A stretch of 64,000 bases of DNA from a virus, in the IMG/VR virus record IMGVR_UViG_3300009184_005291, positions 21,126 to 85,125 of that record; one strand, given 5' to 3'. The translations under genes and the position numbers were made by a program. Below the pieces are notes generated by a model. The model was not told where the DNA came from, did no database searches, and saw only the letters and a program-made list of their open reading frames with translations. Shown piece after piece: positions 1-8,077 of the stretch; position 1 is the stretch's first letter; each line of letters starts with the position of its first letter.

Positions 1-279
1 CGGTTCAGGTAATCCTGTTAATAAGGTTGATTCCTCTTCCTTAACTGGTTTTGGGTTTTCATCCGGTTTAACCTCGGTCAATCCAAATCTAATATGTTTG
101 TACCAAACTCGTTCATGTATGTAATATTGAATTGGTTTCCATACTAATTCAATTATACTAAAGGCGGCTCCTATTTCTATGGAGTCGGTTACTAACCACA
201 TAGTAATAAATCCAATACTCGTACTCAAAATACGATATGATATGGTTTTTGCTAAGTGTCTTTTTGGTGAAACGGTCAT
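1..279 (-). CDS. DUF2061-like small membrane protein (3' end runs off the window)
   Basis: Translated by hand from ATG at 279: MTVSPKRHLAKTISYRILSTSIGFITMW...YYIHERVWYK. The KTISYR and YYxHERxW motifs are typical of DUF2061. Not in the ORF track because it is truncated. Confidence 0.7.
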   Translation of the reverse strand, partial: MTVSPKRHLAKTISYRILSTSIGFITMWLVTDSIEIGAAFSIIELVWKPIQYYIHERVWYKHIRFGLTEVKPDENPKPVKEEESTLLTGLPEP

Positions 280-320
280 GGAATTTGTATTAAAATTTAT
301 TATAAAATAATAGTATATTA

Positions 321-515
321 TTAACTATTATCAAAGTTAGTTTTGTTTAATTCTTTTATAGTAATTTCATTATGTTTCCACATTTTCCATGTGTTAAATT
401 CTTTGAGAGATTCTAAAGTTTTTTCATGAACCAAAACAAAACCTTCGGGAGCAACTCCACCAAACTTACGAACTTCACCTTCTTCTTCCAATATTTTTTT
501 TATGTTAACTAGCAT
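321..515 (-). CDS. hypothetical protein
   Basis: 64-aa ORF overlapping the end of the upstream gene in the same operon. Confidence 0.55.
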   Translation of the reverse strand: MLVNIKKILEEEGEVRKFGGVAPEGFVLVHEKTLESLKEFNTWKMWKHNEITIKELNKTNFDNS

Positions 516-1114
516 GATAAATATTTTATTATTTTTTCTTTTATTCCACTTTGTTTGATTCCTTCATCACATTGAGGAGTCCAAACAAAGTTCTCCAATC
601 CCCAATCTCTGTCGTATGGCCCATAATAACTCGCATCAACATGAGTACCCATATGAAGGTCATCAACTGCAACCCAATGTGTAACTTCGGGATGTGATTT
701 TAACCATTCTTTAATCTCAAAGTGTCTTTCTTGTTCTTGACCATCGGTCCTATTCCAATCAAAATCAGACGGAACACGACCTTCATCTAACCAATTTGTG
801 TAATGAAACACTTCGGTGAATCCGATTGGTTTTTTGATGATACCTTGAGATGTGTAGTATTCTCCCAACTCTTCCAATGTACCATGTAATCTCCAATCGG
901 AACTTACCACGATTTCAGCACCAGTGGTTTCCAATATTTGATTTAGGATTTTAACCGCCTTTACGTCAAAGTTATCGAAACGATACTCAACTGGTAATTG
1001 GTTATTATGGTCAAAGACTGGATTTTCACCTAATTTTTTTTGTTTTTTATGTCGGGAACCCCAGTTATTACTGAGACAAATTACCCCATCATTATCTAAG
1101 AATATTACTTTCAT
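509..1114 (-). CDS. HAD-family phosphatase (HAD_SAK_2 / RNA-repair Swiss-Army-knife type)
   Basis: Motif I IFLDNDGV, motif II VVSSDWR and motif IV WVAVDD. Start moved to the ATG at 1114 (MKVIFLD). Confidence 0.75.
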   Translation of the reverse strand: MKVIFLDNDGVICLSNNWGSRHKKQKKLGENPVFDHNNQLPVEYRFDNFDVKAVKILNQILETTGAEIVVSSDWRLHGTLEELGEYYTSQGIIKKPIGFTEVFHYTNWLDEGRVPSDFDWNRTDGQEQERHFEIKEWLKSHPEVTHWVAVDDLHMGTHVDASYYGPYDRDWGLENFVWTPQCDEGIKQSGIKEKIIKYLSC

Positions 1115-1115
1115 T

Positions 1116-1463
1116 TTATTTCCAAAATACTTGTACTGAAACAATTATGAATGCTAAAATTAAACAGATTATTGTCTTCGGAGTCATATTTTCTTGAAAC
1201 AAGGTAGATGACAAAATTGTGAATATGACAACACCTAAAGCAAATCCAATCAATCTGCTAGGCCAAATCTGACCTCCAAATCCTTGTACATAAAGATTAA
1301 CGGATTTGATGTAAAGGTAACTGATTGGAATACCTGATAGTAAGAGTAACCAAAGGTATTTCTCTGACCAACCATATTTGATTGACCCTTGTAGCTGTAT
1401 AAATGATCCTATTTGACCTAAAATCATTAACAGTGTCGCTAGTATTATTTTTGTGATATCCAT
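1116..1463 (-). CDS. small 4-TM membrane protein (DMT/SMR-like)
   Basis: 115 aa with four hydrophobic stretches. Confidence 0.55.
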   Translation of the reverse strand: MDITKIILATLLMILGQIGSFIQLQGSIKYGWSEKYLWLLLLSGIPISYLYIKSVNLYVQGFGGQIWPSRLIGFALGVVIFTILSSTLFQENMTPKTIICLILAFIIVSVQVFWK

Positions 1464-1474
1464 TTTGTAAAGAT

Positions 1475-1507
1475 AAAAAAAATCCCTTGAATATTCGAGG
1501 GATTTTT
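1475..1507. terminator. bidirectional intrinsic terminator
   Basis: AAAAATCCCTTGAA-TA-TTCGAGGGATTTTT hairpin flanked by A/T runs. Confidence 0.7.
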
Positions 1508-1952
1508 AATTTTTGATAAGGTTTATGATTTTTTTTATTTTCGTTTTATTTTCTCTGACACCTGCTTTGAGAGAAAGAATTTTTTCTACTTCGAATCGTA
1601 AAAGTTCTTTGGAATTTGTTGAGGACACTCCATGTTTGAGAACCTCTTCCACCCCATGGGATCTGTGATACGCATCCAAGTGAGTTGAGGACACTCCATG
1701 TTTGAGAACCTCTTCCACCCATTCCTCTATAACAGGTTCATATTCTTTCCGTTCCATGCCAAACAACGGAAAAAAATCATTGAAGAATGAGTATCTCCAC
1801 CATAGAACTCCCACACTTTTTAGTTCCAAATACCAATACTTATTTGCACGATCGATGAACCAAATCGAGTTATTATCATCCACAATGATTTCAGCCTGAC
1901 CTAAATCTTGGTCTAACTTTTTGAAAATGATTTTTTTAAGCCTTTCGTGCAT
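1506..1952 (-). CDS. hypothetical protein whose C-terminal part is encoded by a repeat-spacer-repeat unit
   Basis: 148-aa ORF. VEEVLKHGVSST occurs twice, separated by 10 unrelated residues, with a degenerate third copy VEKIL(SL)KAGV. Confidence 0.7.
   Translation of the reverse strand: MHERLKKIIFKKLDQDLGQAEIIVDDNNSIWFIDRANKYWYLELKSVGVLWWRYSFFNDFFPLFGMERKEYEPVIEEWVEEVLKHGVSSTHLDAYHRSHGVEEVLKHGVSSTNSKELLRFEVEKILSLKAGVRENKTKIKKIINLIKN
1618..1720. CRISPR. CRISPR-like mini-array (two identical 36-37 nt repeats, one 29-30 nt spacer) inside a CDS; no cas gene in the window
   Basis: GTTGAGGACACTCCATGTTTGAGAACCTCTTCCACC(C) is identical at 1618-1654 and 1684-1720 (period 66). The intervening sequence is CCATGGGATCTGTGATACGCATCCAAGTGA. 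The repeat is directly observed; its CRISPR identity is inference. Confidence 0.4.
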
Positions 1953-1974
1953 ATTGGTTGATGTCTATGTGATA

Positions 1975-1982
1975 CAAAAATA
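1975..1982 (-). promoter_or_regulatory. Bacteroidota-type -7 element (TAnnTTTG)
   Basis: TATTTTTG on the minus strand, 22 nt upstream of the ATG at 1952. Confidence 0.45.
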
Positions 1983-2031
1983 CTAATATTTTACGTAATT
2001 CAAAAATTAAGGTTTCCTTCGAAAGGGAATT

Positions 2032-2064
2032 AAAAAAAAAAGGGAGTCATTGACTCCCTTTTTT
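2032..2064 (-). terminator. intrinsic terminator downstream of tmRNA (bidirectional)
   Basis: A-run, GGGAGTCA-T-TGACTCCC inverted repeat, T-run, just past the tmRNA 3' end. Confidence 0.8.
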
Positions 2065-2072
2065 ATTGATTG

Positions 2073-2485
2073 TGGAGGTGCAGGTTACCGCCACCTGGTC
2101 TTACCCGCCATATCAAAAATGGACTACACGTTTAGGTCAAGGTTTGTGATACCTTCCGAAATAGATGGTTCCTATTTTGACATCGTTACCAACAACTGTG
2201 TCGAGTTCACTTGTAATAAGGTAGCCCTCTGAACGTGACCTTTGATACGCTTCGGGTGGTATCGCACCTTGGAGGGCTTCTGTTCCTAGGTTATATGCCC
2301 ATTCGACCTGACGTTGTATCTACTTATCAAGCAGTTACAACAGATGCTTCTCTAGTTAAACCTAAAGCAGACATCTTAGCAAGAGTATTGCCGTTTACTT
2401 TCTTCACCGTGGATTTAAGTCATAGATGAATTCTGACTACGTGCCCATTGATTATACAAACGTTAATCAATTCTATTTCACCCCC
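2073..2485 (-). ncRNA. ssrA: tmRNA (one-piece), tag peptide (A)GNTLAKMSALGLTREASVVTA
   Basis: 5' GGGGGTG pairs with 3' CACCTCC-A, giving the G3-U70 Ala determinant and discriminator A. T-arm is CAGGT-GGCGGTA-ACCTG. Helix 2 pairs ATGGGCACG with CGTGTAGTCCAT. Resume context is GTAAAC|GGC. Tag ORF is 2392-2327, ending TGA TAA. CCA is not encoded. Confidence 0.9.
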
Positions 2486-2494
2486 ATTGTTGTA

Positions 2495-2525
2495 CAAATG
2501 TAAGTATAAATATCTCCAAATCCAA
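2495..2525 (-). promoter_or_regulatory. Bacteroidota sigma70-type promoter of ssrA with nested TATTTAT motif
   Basis: TTG (2525-2523), N20, TACATTTG (2502-2495), ending 9 nt before tmRNA G1. TATTTAT lies at 2512-2506. Confidence 0.6.
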
Positions 2526-2546
2526 CCGAATTGATATTTATTTCAT

Positions 2547-3593
2547 ATGATAAGTTTAGAAACATTTGTTGCTCTGAGAAATTACGTCAAAGGAAAAATT
2601 GACGCTCATCAACTTATGGATGCAGACAAATTGTTTGATTCGATTAAAGAGAATTATAGATATCCTGCTGAAAGTATTATTCGTATTGACTTCAGAAACA
2701 AAGAAGATCTTCTCAAAACCTTGGGATTAGCGGATGACGATATATATTTTTATTTTGATGTGACAAGTCCTTATAATAGTTATGAGTTCATAGATCATTA
2801 CTCCGCTATAGAAGAGTTCAAAGATGGGTATGGATTTTACAATTATTTAGATGAAGAAAATAAATATACCTTGTCTCAAATATCTCGTGCGATTTTACCA
2901 AAAAAAGTTGACTTTGGAGATGATGAATTTTTACAAGAATTATCCGCAGTTTTATTACAAAACTTCAAACAAGAAACTGAAGATATAATTGATGAATACG
3001 CGGCCGAGAAAAATTATCAAATGAACCGAGAGGCATATAAAGTTGTAGAAAAGGAATTACAGGATTACACTGATTCATTAGCATTTGAGGTCACCGATTC
3101 GGGATTAAGAATTAGTGTTGGTCAACTAATACAACTTTATTTGATGGAGAATGCAATTCATATACCATTAAAAAAATTGCTTGAAAAAGTTTTTGAATCT
3201 AACAAACAATATTTTGGATGGTCTGATGATATCTACGAATACGCCAATGATGACGATTTTGATTCGGTAAGTTTTAATAAATATGCTGGAAGAATATTAG
3301 ATAATATTTTAGACAGAATCGTAGACGCTGGAGAAGAATTGGGAGTAGACATAAATGACTTTACCTCCATGACGGCAAGAATCGAAAAAAAGTTCAAAGC
3401 TGGAGAATGGTATTTTTTACCAAAAGACAAGACCAAACAGACTAGATTCAAAGTGGAGGGATTTGAATTTCCTAATATGAAAATATCGGTATTATTACAA
3501 AAAGGATTGAAAGAAAAAAAAGTATCATTATCAGAACAAAATTTTTATAATTTATTATATCAACCATCATTATTCAGTTTGGATGAAATCTAA
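2547..3593 (+). CDS. hypothetical protein (acidic, 348 aa)
   Basis: Long ORF preceded by TATTTAT-N5-ATG; no recognised motif. Confidence 0.7.
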   Translation: MISLETFVALRNYVKGKIDAHQLMDADKLFDSIKENYRYPAESIIRIDFRNKEDLLKTLGLADDDIYFYFDVTSPYNSYEFIDHYSAIEEFKDGYGFYNYLDEENKYTLSQISRAILPKKVDFGDDEFLQELSAVLLQNFKQETEDIIDEYAAEKNYQMNREAYKVVEKELQDYTDSLAFEVTDSGLRISVGQLIQLYLMENAIHIPLKKLLEKVFESNKQYFGWSDDIYEYANDDDFDSVSFNKYAGRILDNILDRIVDAGEELGVDINDFTSMTARIEKKFKAGEWYFLPKDKTKQTRFKVEGFEFPNMKISVLLQKGLKEKKVSLSEQNFYNLLYQPSLFSLDEI

Positions 3594-3613
3594 TTTATTT
3601 GTATCTTTATAAG

Positions 3614-4447
3614 ATGAACGATATAAATTTGCTCAAAGAAGTTTTGAGCGTACCTACAAAAACTAATCAAGAACATCGGATGGTTGAATTTTTGGTTAAT
3701 TGGTTAACTGAAAACAACATTGAACATTATGTCGATGACAAAATGAATGTCTATGCTACCAAGCAAGAGACATCTGATATTCCTGAAGATTTTTATTTTC
3801 CTTGTGTAATTTCACACACTGATACTGTCCACCACATAGATACAATTAACATCAGAGAAATGATGTTGGAAAATGCTCAAGGAGAACTTAAACCTTCTTT
3901 GAAAGCATTCAACGATATAGATTTGCCTACAGGTATTGGAGGAGATGATAAATGTGGTGTATTTGCTTGTTTAACTTTATTAAAGGAATTACCAAATCTT
4001 AAAGCAGCATTCTTTGTTTCAGAAGAAACTGGATGTCACGGATCTCGTGCTGCAGATTCTAAATTTTTCGAAAATGTTGGATATGGTATTCAGTTTGATG
4101 CTCCTGAAAATTGGATGATTACTGAAAAATGTTTTGGACAAGTATTATTCGACAGAGAAACAGAATTTTTTGAAAAAATTGATAAGGTTTTGACTGAGGG
4201 TATGGATAATGATAGAATGCAATATATGGTTCATCCGTACACAGATGTTTATGCTTTGAGAAGTAAATTTGACTTTTCTTGTATCAATTTTTCTATTGGT
4301 TATTATGATTACCATACTCCGAACGAATACGTAGTAATCGAAGATGTATTCAACGGAATAGAAATGGGTAGAAAAATGATTGAAGAATTAGGATATAAGT
4401 TACATTTCAAAAAATCAGTCCCTAAAGGACAGTGGCATCCATTTTAA
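3614..4447 (+). CDS. M20/M28/M42-family zinc peptidase
   Basis: Metal-ligand motifs SHTDTV, GGDDKCG, SEETG and YHTPNE. Start moved to the ATG at 3614. Confidence 0.85.
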   Translation: MNDINLLKEVLSVPTKTNQEHRMVEFLVNWLTENNIEHYVDDKMNVYATKQETSDIPEDFYFPCVISHTDTVHHIDTINIREMMLENAQGELKPSLKAFNDIDLPTGIGGDDKCGVFACLTLLKELPNLKAAFFVSEETGCHGSRAADSKFFENVGYGIQFDAPENWMITEKCFGQVLFDRETEFFEKIDKVLTEGMDNDRMQYMVHPYTDVYALRSKFDFSCINFSIGYYDYHTPNEYVVIEDVFNGIEMGRKMIEELGYKLHFKKSVPKGQWHPF

Positions 4448-5056
4448 TTAGATAAAATCCTCTAACTTATCTATGTGTCTTTTAACAATCGGGTGGTCTT
4501 GAATATCTTCATATTGACCTCCCGATTTTTTTATTTGTTTAATGTCGTTTATAATTTGTTGGATACCTCCACGAACCATTTTGGACATCGAAGGATATTG
4601 TTGTACGTAAGGAGAAAGAGAAAATAATTTTTTCGCGATTTCTATTGGTATATTTAACTCGATTACGATTTTTGCCACCATATTTTTAGCAAACGCATCC
4701 GCATCCAATTCCATTTCCCAATATTGTTTATATAGTGCCTCAAAATCTTCTAAGTCGAAATCAGTTAGTGGATTGAGCATTTTCAAATCTCTCATTTGTT
4801 CTTCGTGCCTGAGTTCGTGAAATATGGTATACAGGAAATCTCCGATAGTCTCCATTTGTATTGGAGAACATATAATTACTTGGTCACGAGTTCTCACTCC
4901 TTTGAATCCCGACGAACAAGAGTTCAAAAATTTTACGTTAATCTCATTATCTCGAATATAGTTTACGACAAAGTTTTCGATTGCATCAACTTTGGATTCT
5001 AATTCTGATGGGAAAGAATTTTTGAACTTTTCTAATAGTCTGGAAAAATTACTCAT
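4448..5056 (-). CDS. putative zincin metallopeptidase (ImmA/IrrE-like)
   Basis: HELRH (HExxH) followed downstream by ELDADAFA (ExxA-D-x-F-A). Confidence 0.6.
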   Translation of the reverse strand: MSNFSRLLEKFKNSFPSELESKVDAIENFVVNYIRDNEINVKFLNSCSSGFKGVRTRDQVIICSPIQMETIGDFLYTIFHELRHEEQMRDLKMLNPLTDFDLEDFEALYKQYWEMELDADAFAKNMVAKIVIELNIPIEIAKKLFSLSPYVQQYPSMSKMVRGGIQQIINDIKQIKKSGGQYEDIQDHPIVKRHIDKLEDFI

Positions 5057-5068
5057 AATTATAAATAT

Positions 5069-5096
5069 AAAAAAAGGGGGAATTATCCCCCTTTTT
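5069..5096 (-). terminator. intrinsic terminator after clpC
   Basis: AAAAAGGGGGA-ATTA-TCCCCCTTTTT. Confidence 0.8.
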
Positions 5097-5099
5097 AAT

Positions 5100-7115
5100 T
5101 TACCGTCCTTTCTTGACTACTTTGACTACTTCATCTTCGACTTTAATCACATAGGTTTTACCTGGTATGATTTTGTCGGTCAGAACTTCTTCAGATAATA
5201 AGTCTTCAACCTTATCTTGAATCGCTCTCTTGAGTGGTCTAGCACCGTATACCTCATCATATCCGATTTTTGATAGGTAATTCAAAAGTGATTCATCGTA
5301 AGTAATCTTATACTTCATTTCTTCAAGACGCTTCATCAACTTTTTAAGTTCGATGTCGGTGATTTTCTTAATGTCATCTTGTGATAGAGAATTGAAAACG
5401 ATAGTATCATCGATACGATTGATGAATTCAGGAGAGAAGAAATTTTTCATTTCTTTCATCAAGATTTCCTTCTTCGCTTCTTCGTTACTATAGGTATTGT
5501 TGGAGAATCCAATACCAGTTCCAAAGTCTTGTAATTTCTTCACACCAAGATTTGAGGTCAAGATGATAAGGGTATTCTTGAAGTTAATCTTTCTACCCAA
5601 ACTATCTGTAACGTGACCATCGTCCAAGATTTGAAGTAATACTGTAAACACATCTTTGTGAGCTTTTTCAACCTCATCAAACAAGATGACAGAGTAAGGT
5701 TTATTCTTAACCTTTTCGGTCAACAATCCACCTTCTTCGTATCCAACATAGCCTGGAGGTGCCCCAACCAATTTGGATACGGTGTGTTTTTCTTGATATT
5801 CGGACATATCAACACGGATTAACGAATCTTCACTACCGAACATTTCTTTCGCTAGTTGTTTCGCTAAGTGAGTTTTACCAACACCTGTGGAACCCAAGAA
5901 TACGAACGAACCAATTGGACGATTTGGATCTTTGATACCAAGTCGATTTCTCTTGATGGATTTTGCGACCTTGATTACCGCAGCATCTTGACCAATTACG
6001 GTTCCAACAATATGTTTGTCCAAATTGATAAGTGCTTTAGTATCGTCAACCGACATTCTGCTCACAGGGATTTTAGTCATGTTTGATACCACATCATAAA
6101 CATCCTCCAAGGTAATCTTTTGTTTGTCTTTGGACATTTGTTCTTCAAACTTTTGTTTTTCTTGTTCCAATTTGTCCAACAACTTTTTCTCTTTGTCTCT
6201 TAGATGTGCCGCTTGTTCGTAATTCTGTTTCTTAACAACATCCATTTTCTGTTGTTTAAGTTCTGCAGCTTTACGTTTCAAGTCTTCAATCGCTTCAGGA
6301 ACTTTAAGTTCAGTCTGCATCTTAGCTCCAACTTCATCCAAAATGTCGAATGCTTTGTCAGGAAATTCACGGTCGGTAATATATCTGTCCGCCAACTTCA
6401 CACAAGTTTCGATTACTTCATTTGAATAAATTACCTTGTGGTATGTTTCGTATTTATCTCGAACGTTATTCAAAATTTGAATTGTTTCTGCTACGGTAGA
6501 AGGTTCCACAATCACTTTCTGAAATCTACGCTCCAACGCTCCATCTTTTTCAATGTGTTTTCTGAACTCATCCAAAGTTGTTGCACCGATTACTTGAATT
6601 TCACCACGAGATAATGCCGGTTTGAAGATGTTGGAACCATCCATAGTTCCTGATGAATTACCTGAACCAACTAAAGTATGAATTTCATCGATGAACACGA
6701 TAATGTTCGGGTTCGCCTGAAGTTCTTCAATGATTACTTTCATTCTTTCCTCGAATTGACCACGGTATTTTGTACCGGCAACAACTGAAGTCAAGTCCAA
6801 ATTCACAAGTCGTTTATCCAACAAATTACGTGGACATTCACCATTCACAATTTTCATTGCTAAACCTTCAGCAATAGCGGTCTTACCACAACCAGGTTCT
6901 CCGATAATGATTGGGTTATTCTTTTTTCTTCGTGAAAGAATCTGAGCAATTCTTAGGATTTCTCTATCCCTTCCGATTACGGGATCTAGCTTACCTTCTT
7001 CGGCAAGTTTATTCAAATCTCTACTGAAATTGTCTAGTACAGGAGTCGAGCTGTCCGCAGCGGACTTCTGTTTTTTACTCATCATTTTGTCTTCGTCGTC
7101 CATTAAGTCGTTCAT
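5100..7115 (-). CDS. clpC: ClpC-like Hsp100/Clp ATPase lacking the N-terminal Clp_N domain
   Basis: Walker A motifs GEPGCGKT and GSTGVGKT, Walker B motifs FIDEIH and LFDEVEK, pore loops KYRG and GYVG, a UVR-like middle domain (QNYEQAAHLRD) and a ClpP-docking IGF loop (GIGF). Confidence 0.92.
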   Translation of the reverse strand: MNDLMDDEDKMMSKKQKSAADSSTPVLDNFSRDLNKLAEEGKLDPVIGRDREILRIAQILSRRKKNNPIIIGEPGCGKTAIAEGLAMKIVNGECPRNLLDKRLVNLDLTSVVAGTKYRGQFEERMKVIIEELQANPNIIVFIDEIHTLVGSGNSSGTMDGSNIFKPALSRGEIQVIGATTLDEFRKHIEKDGALERRFQKVIVEPSTVAETIQILNNVRDKYETYHKVIYSNEVIETCVKLADRYITDREFPDKAFDILDEVGAKMQTELKVPEAIEDLKRKAAELKQQKMDVVKKQNYEQAAHLRDKEKKLLDKLEQEKQKFEEQMSKDKQKITLEDVYDVVSNMTKIPVSRMSVDDTKALINLDKHIVGTVIGQDAAVIKVAKSIKRNRLGIKDPNRPIGSFVFLGSTGVGKTHLAKQLAKEMFGSEDSLIRVDMSEYQEKHTVSKLVGAPPGYVGYEEGGLLTEKVKNKPYSVILFDEVEKAHKDVFTVLLQILDDGHVTDSLGRKINFKNTLIILTSNLGVKKLQDFGTGIGFSNNTYSNEEAKKEILMKEMKNFFSPEFINRIDDTIVFNSLSQDDIKKITDIELKKLMKRLEEMKYKITYDESLLNYLSKIGYDEVYGARPLKRAIQDKVEDLLSEEVLTDKIIPGKTYVIKVEDEVVKVVKKGR

Positions 7116-7170
7116 AATGTTTTTTAGTTTTTACAAAGTAATAACAAATTTAGTTCTTATCCAAATGATT

Positions 7171-7225
7171 TGACAAATTGTCAGAAATATTTATTTTTAT
7201 TAAATCTTTTTCTGACATAATGTCA
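7171..7225. promoter_or_regulatory. pair of palindromic operators TGACA-N3-TGTCA
   Basis: TGACAAATTGTCA (7171-7183) and TGACATAATGTCA (7213-7225), 42 bp apart, in the divergent clpC/UVR intergenic region. Confidence 0.6.
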
Positions 7226-7237
7226 TATAAAAACCAT

Positions 7238-7252
7238 CGGCATAAATCTTGA
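7238..7252 (+). promoter_or_regulatory. sigma54-like -24/-12 element
   Basis: CGGCATAAATCTTGA, i.e. GG-N10-GA, compared with the consensus TGGCAC-N5-TTGC. It lies 41 nt upstream of the UVR gene. Confidence 0.4.
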
Positions 7253-7254
7253 AA

Positions 7255-7262
7255 CAAAGATA
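7255..7262 (-). promoter_or_regulatory. Bacteroidota-type -7 element facing clpC
   Basis: TATCTTTG on the minus strand. Confidence 0.4.
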
Positions 7263-7293
7263 ACAAATAAACTTAAAATAAAAAACTAAAATT

Positions 7294-7665
7294 ATGTTTG
7301 GTAACAGAAGATCGTATAACGACATTTTTAGAGCATTCGATGAAATGTTCACACAATTAACCCCAAATAACGGTGAGTGGAAAACTCAAAGTAAAGTTTC
7401 AGAAGATGGAACAATGAAAATAACTACGTATTACTACGACAACGCTAAAACAAACCCAACTTCAAAAAATCTGAAACAACAACTTGAAATCGCAATTGAA
7501 AATGAAGATTTTGAAAAAGCGGTTGAACTAAGAGACCAAATCAAGAAATTGGATATCAATCAAAAGGAAATCAACAAACTTGAAGAGGAACTCAAAAAAT
7601 CAATCGAACAACAAAACTTTGAAAAATCAATTGAGATTCGAGACCAACTCAAAAAACTAAAGTAA
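7294..7665 (+). CDS. double UVR (UvrB/UvrC motif) domain protein, putative ClpC adaptor
   Basis: Two copies of the UVR motif (AIENEDFEKAVELRDQI and SIEQQNFEKSIEIRDQL); divergent from clpC. Confidence 0.75.
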   Translation: MFGNRRSYNDIFRAFDEMFTQLTPNNGEWKTQSKVSEDGTMKITTYYYDNAKTNPTSKNLKQQLEIAIENEDFEKAVELRDQIKKLDINQKEINKLEEELKKSIEQQNFEKSIEIRDQLKKLK

Positions 7666-7668
7666 AAT

Positions 7669-7700
7669 AATCCCCACTCAAAAGGTGGGGATTTTTATTT
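7669..7700 (+). terminator. intrinsic terminator
   Basis: AATCCCCAC-TCAAAAG-GTGGGGATT followed by a T-run. Confidence 0.75.
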
Positions 7701-7744
7701 TATATTGATTATCATACATAAAAAGTTTTATAATATTTATATTT

Positions 7745-8077
7745 ATGAAACCATTCGAAAGATATCTAACTCACTTAACCGACTTAAGAAAATTTTTGGA
7801 CACATATTTGGAAATGAGACAATATTTCCAAGAATTAGATTTTTCTGAAAAGGACATGGAAAGTCCTCCAATGTATACTGAAAAAATGTTTTTATATCAT
7901 GAGAGATTAAATCGGCTCCATACTGACGTATTAAAACAAGTTAATGATTTTGGGTTTGATGTTTCTGAAGAAGAATTTGATGATTTTATAGTACCACGAC
8001 TGAAAAAGATAAACGAACTAATACCCCTTAAAGATGGCAATAGTAAAAGAACAGATATTGGGAACGAAGATTATTAA
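7745..8077 (+). CDS. hypothetical protein
   Basis: 110-aa ORF preceded by TATTTAT-N4-ATG. Confidence 0.6.
   Translation: MKPFERYLTHLTDLRKFLDTYLEMRQYFQELDFSEKDMESPPMYTEKMFLYHERLNRLHTDVLKQVNDFGFDVSEEEFDDFIVPRLKKINELIPLKDGNSKRTDIGNEDY

Noticed and set aside
1654-1683. Self-target of the putative spacer within the window
   Set aside because: Only 8-nt matches to the tmRNA region (TGTGATAC, TGATACGC) were seen, which is expected by chance.
1618-1720. Diversity-generating retroelement template/variable repeat pair
   Set aside because: The repeats are short and identical, with no adenine-specific mismatches and no reverse transcriptase in the window.
2050-2429. Plus-strand ORFs 2050-2232 and 2235-2429
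   Set aside because: They are antisense to the tmRNA gene, have TTG/GTG starts and show no protein-like features.
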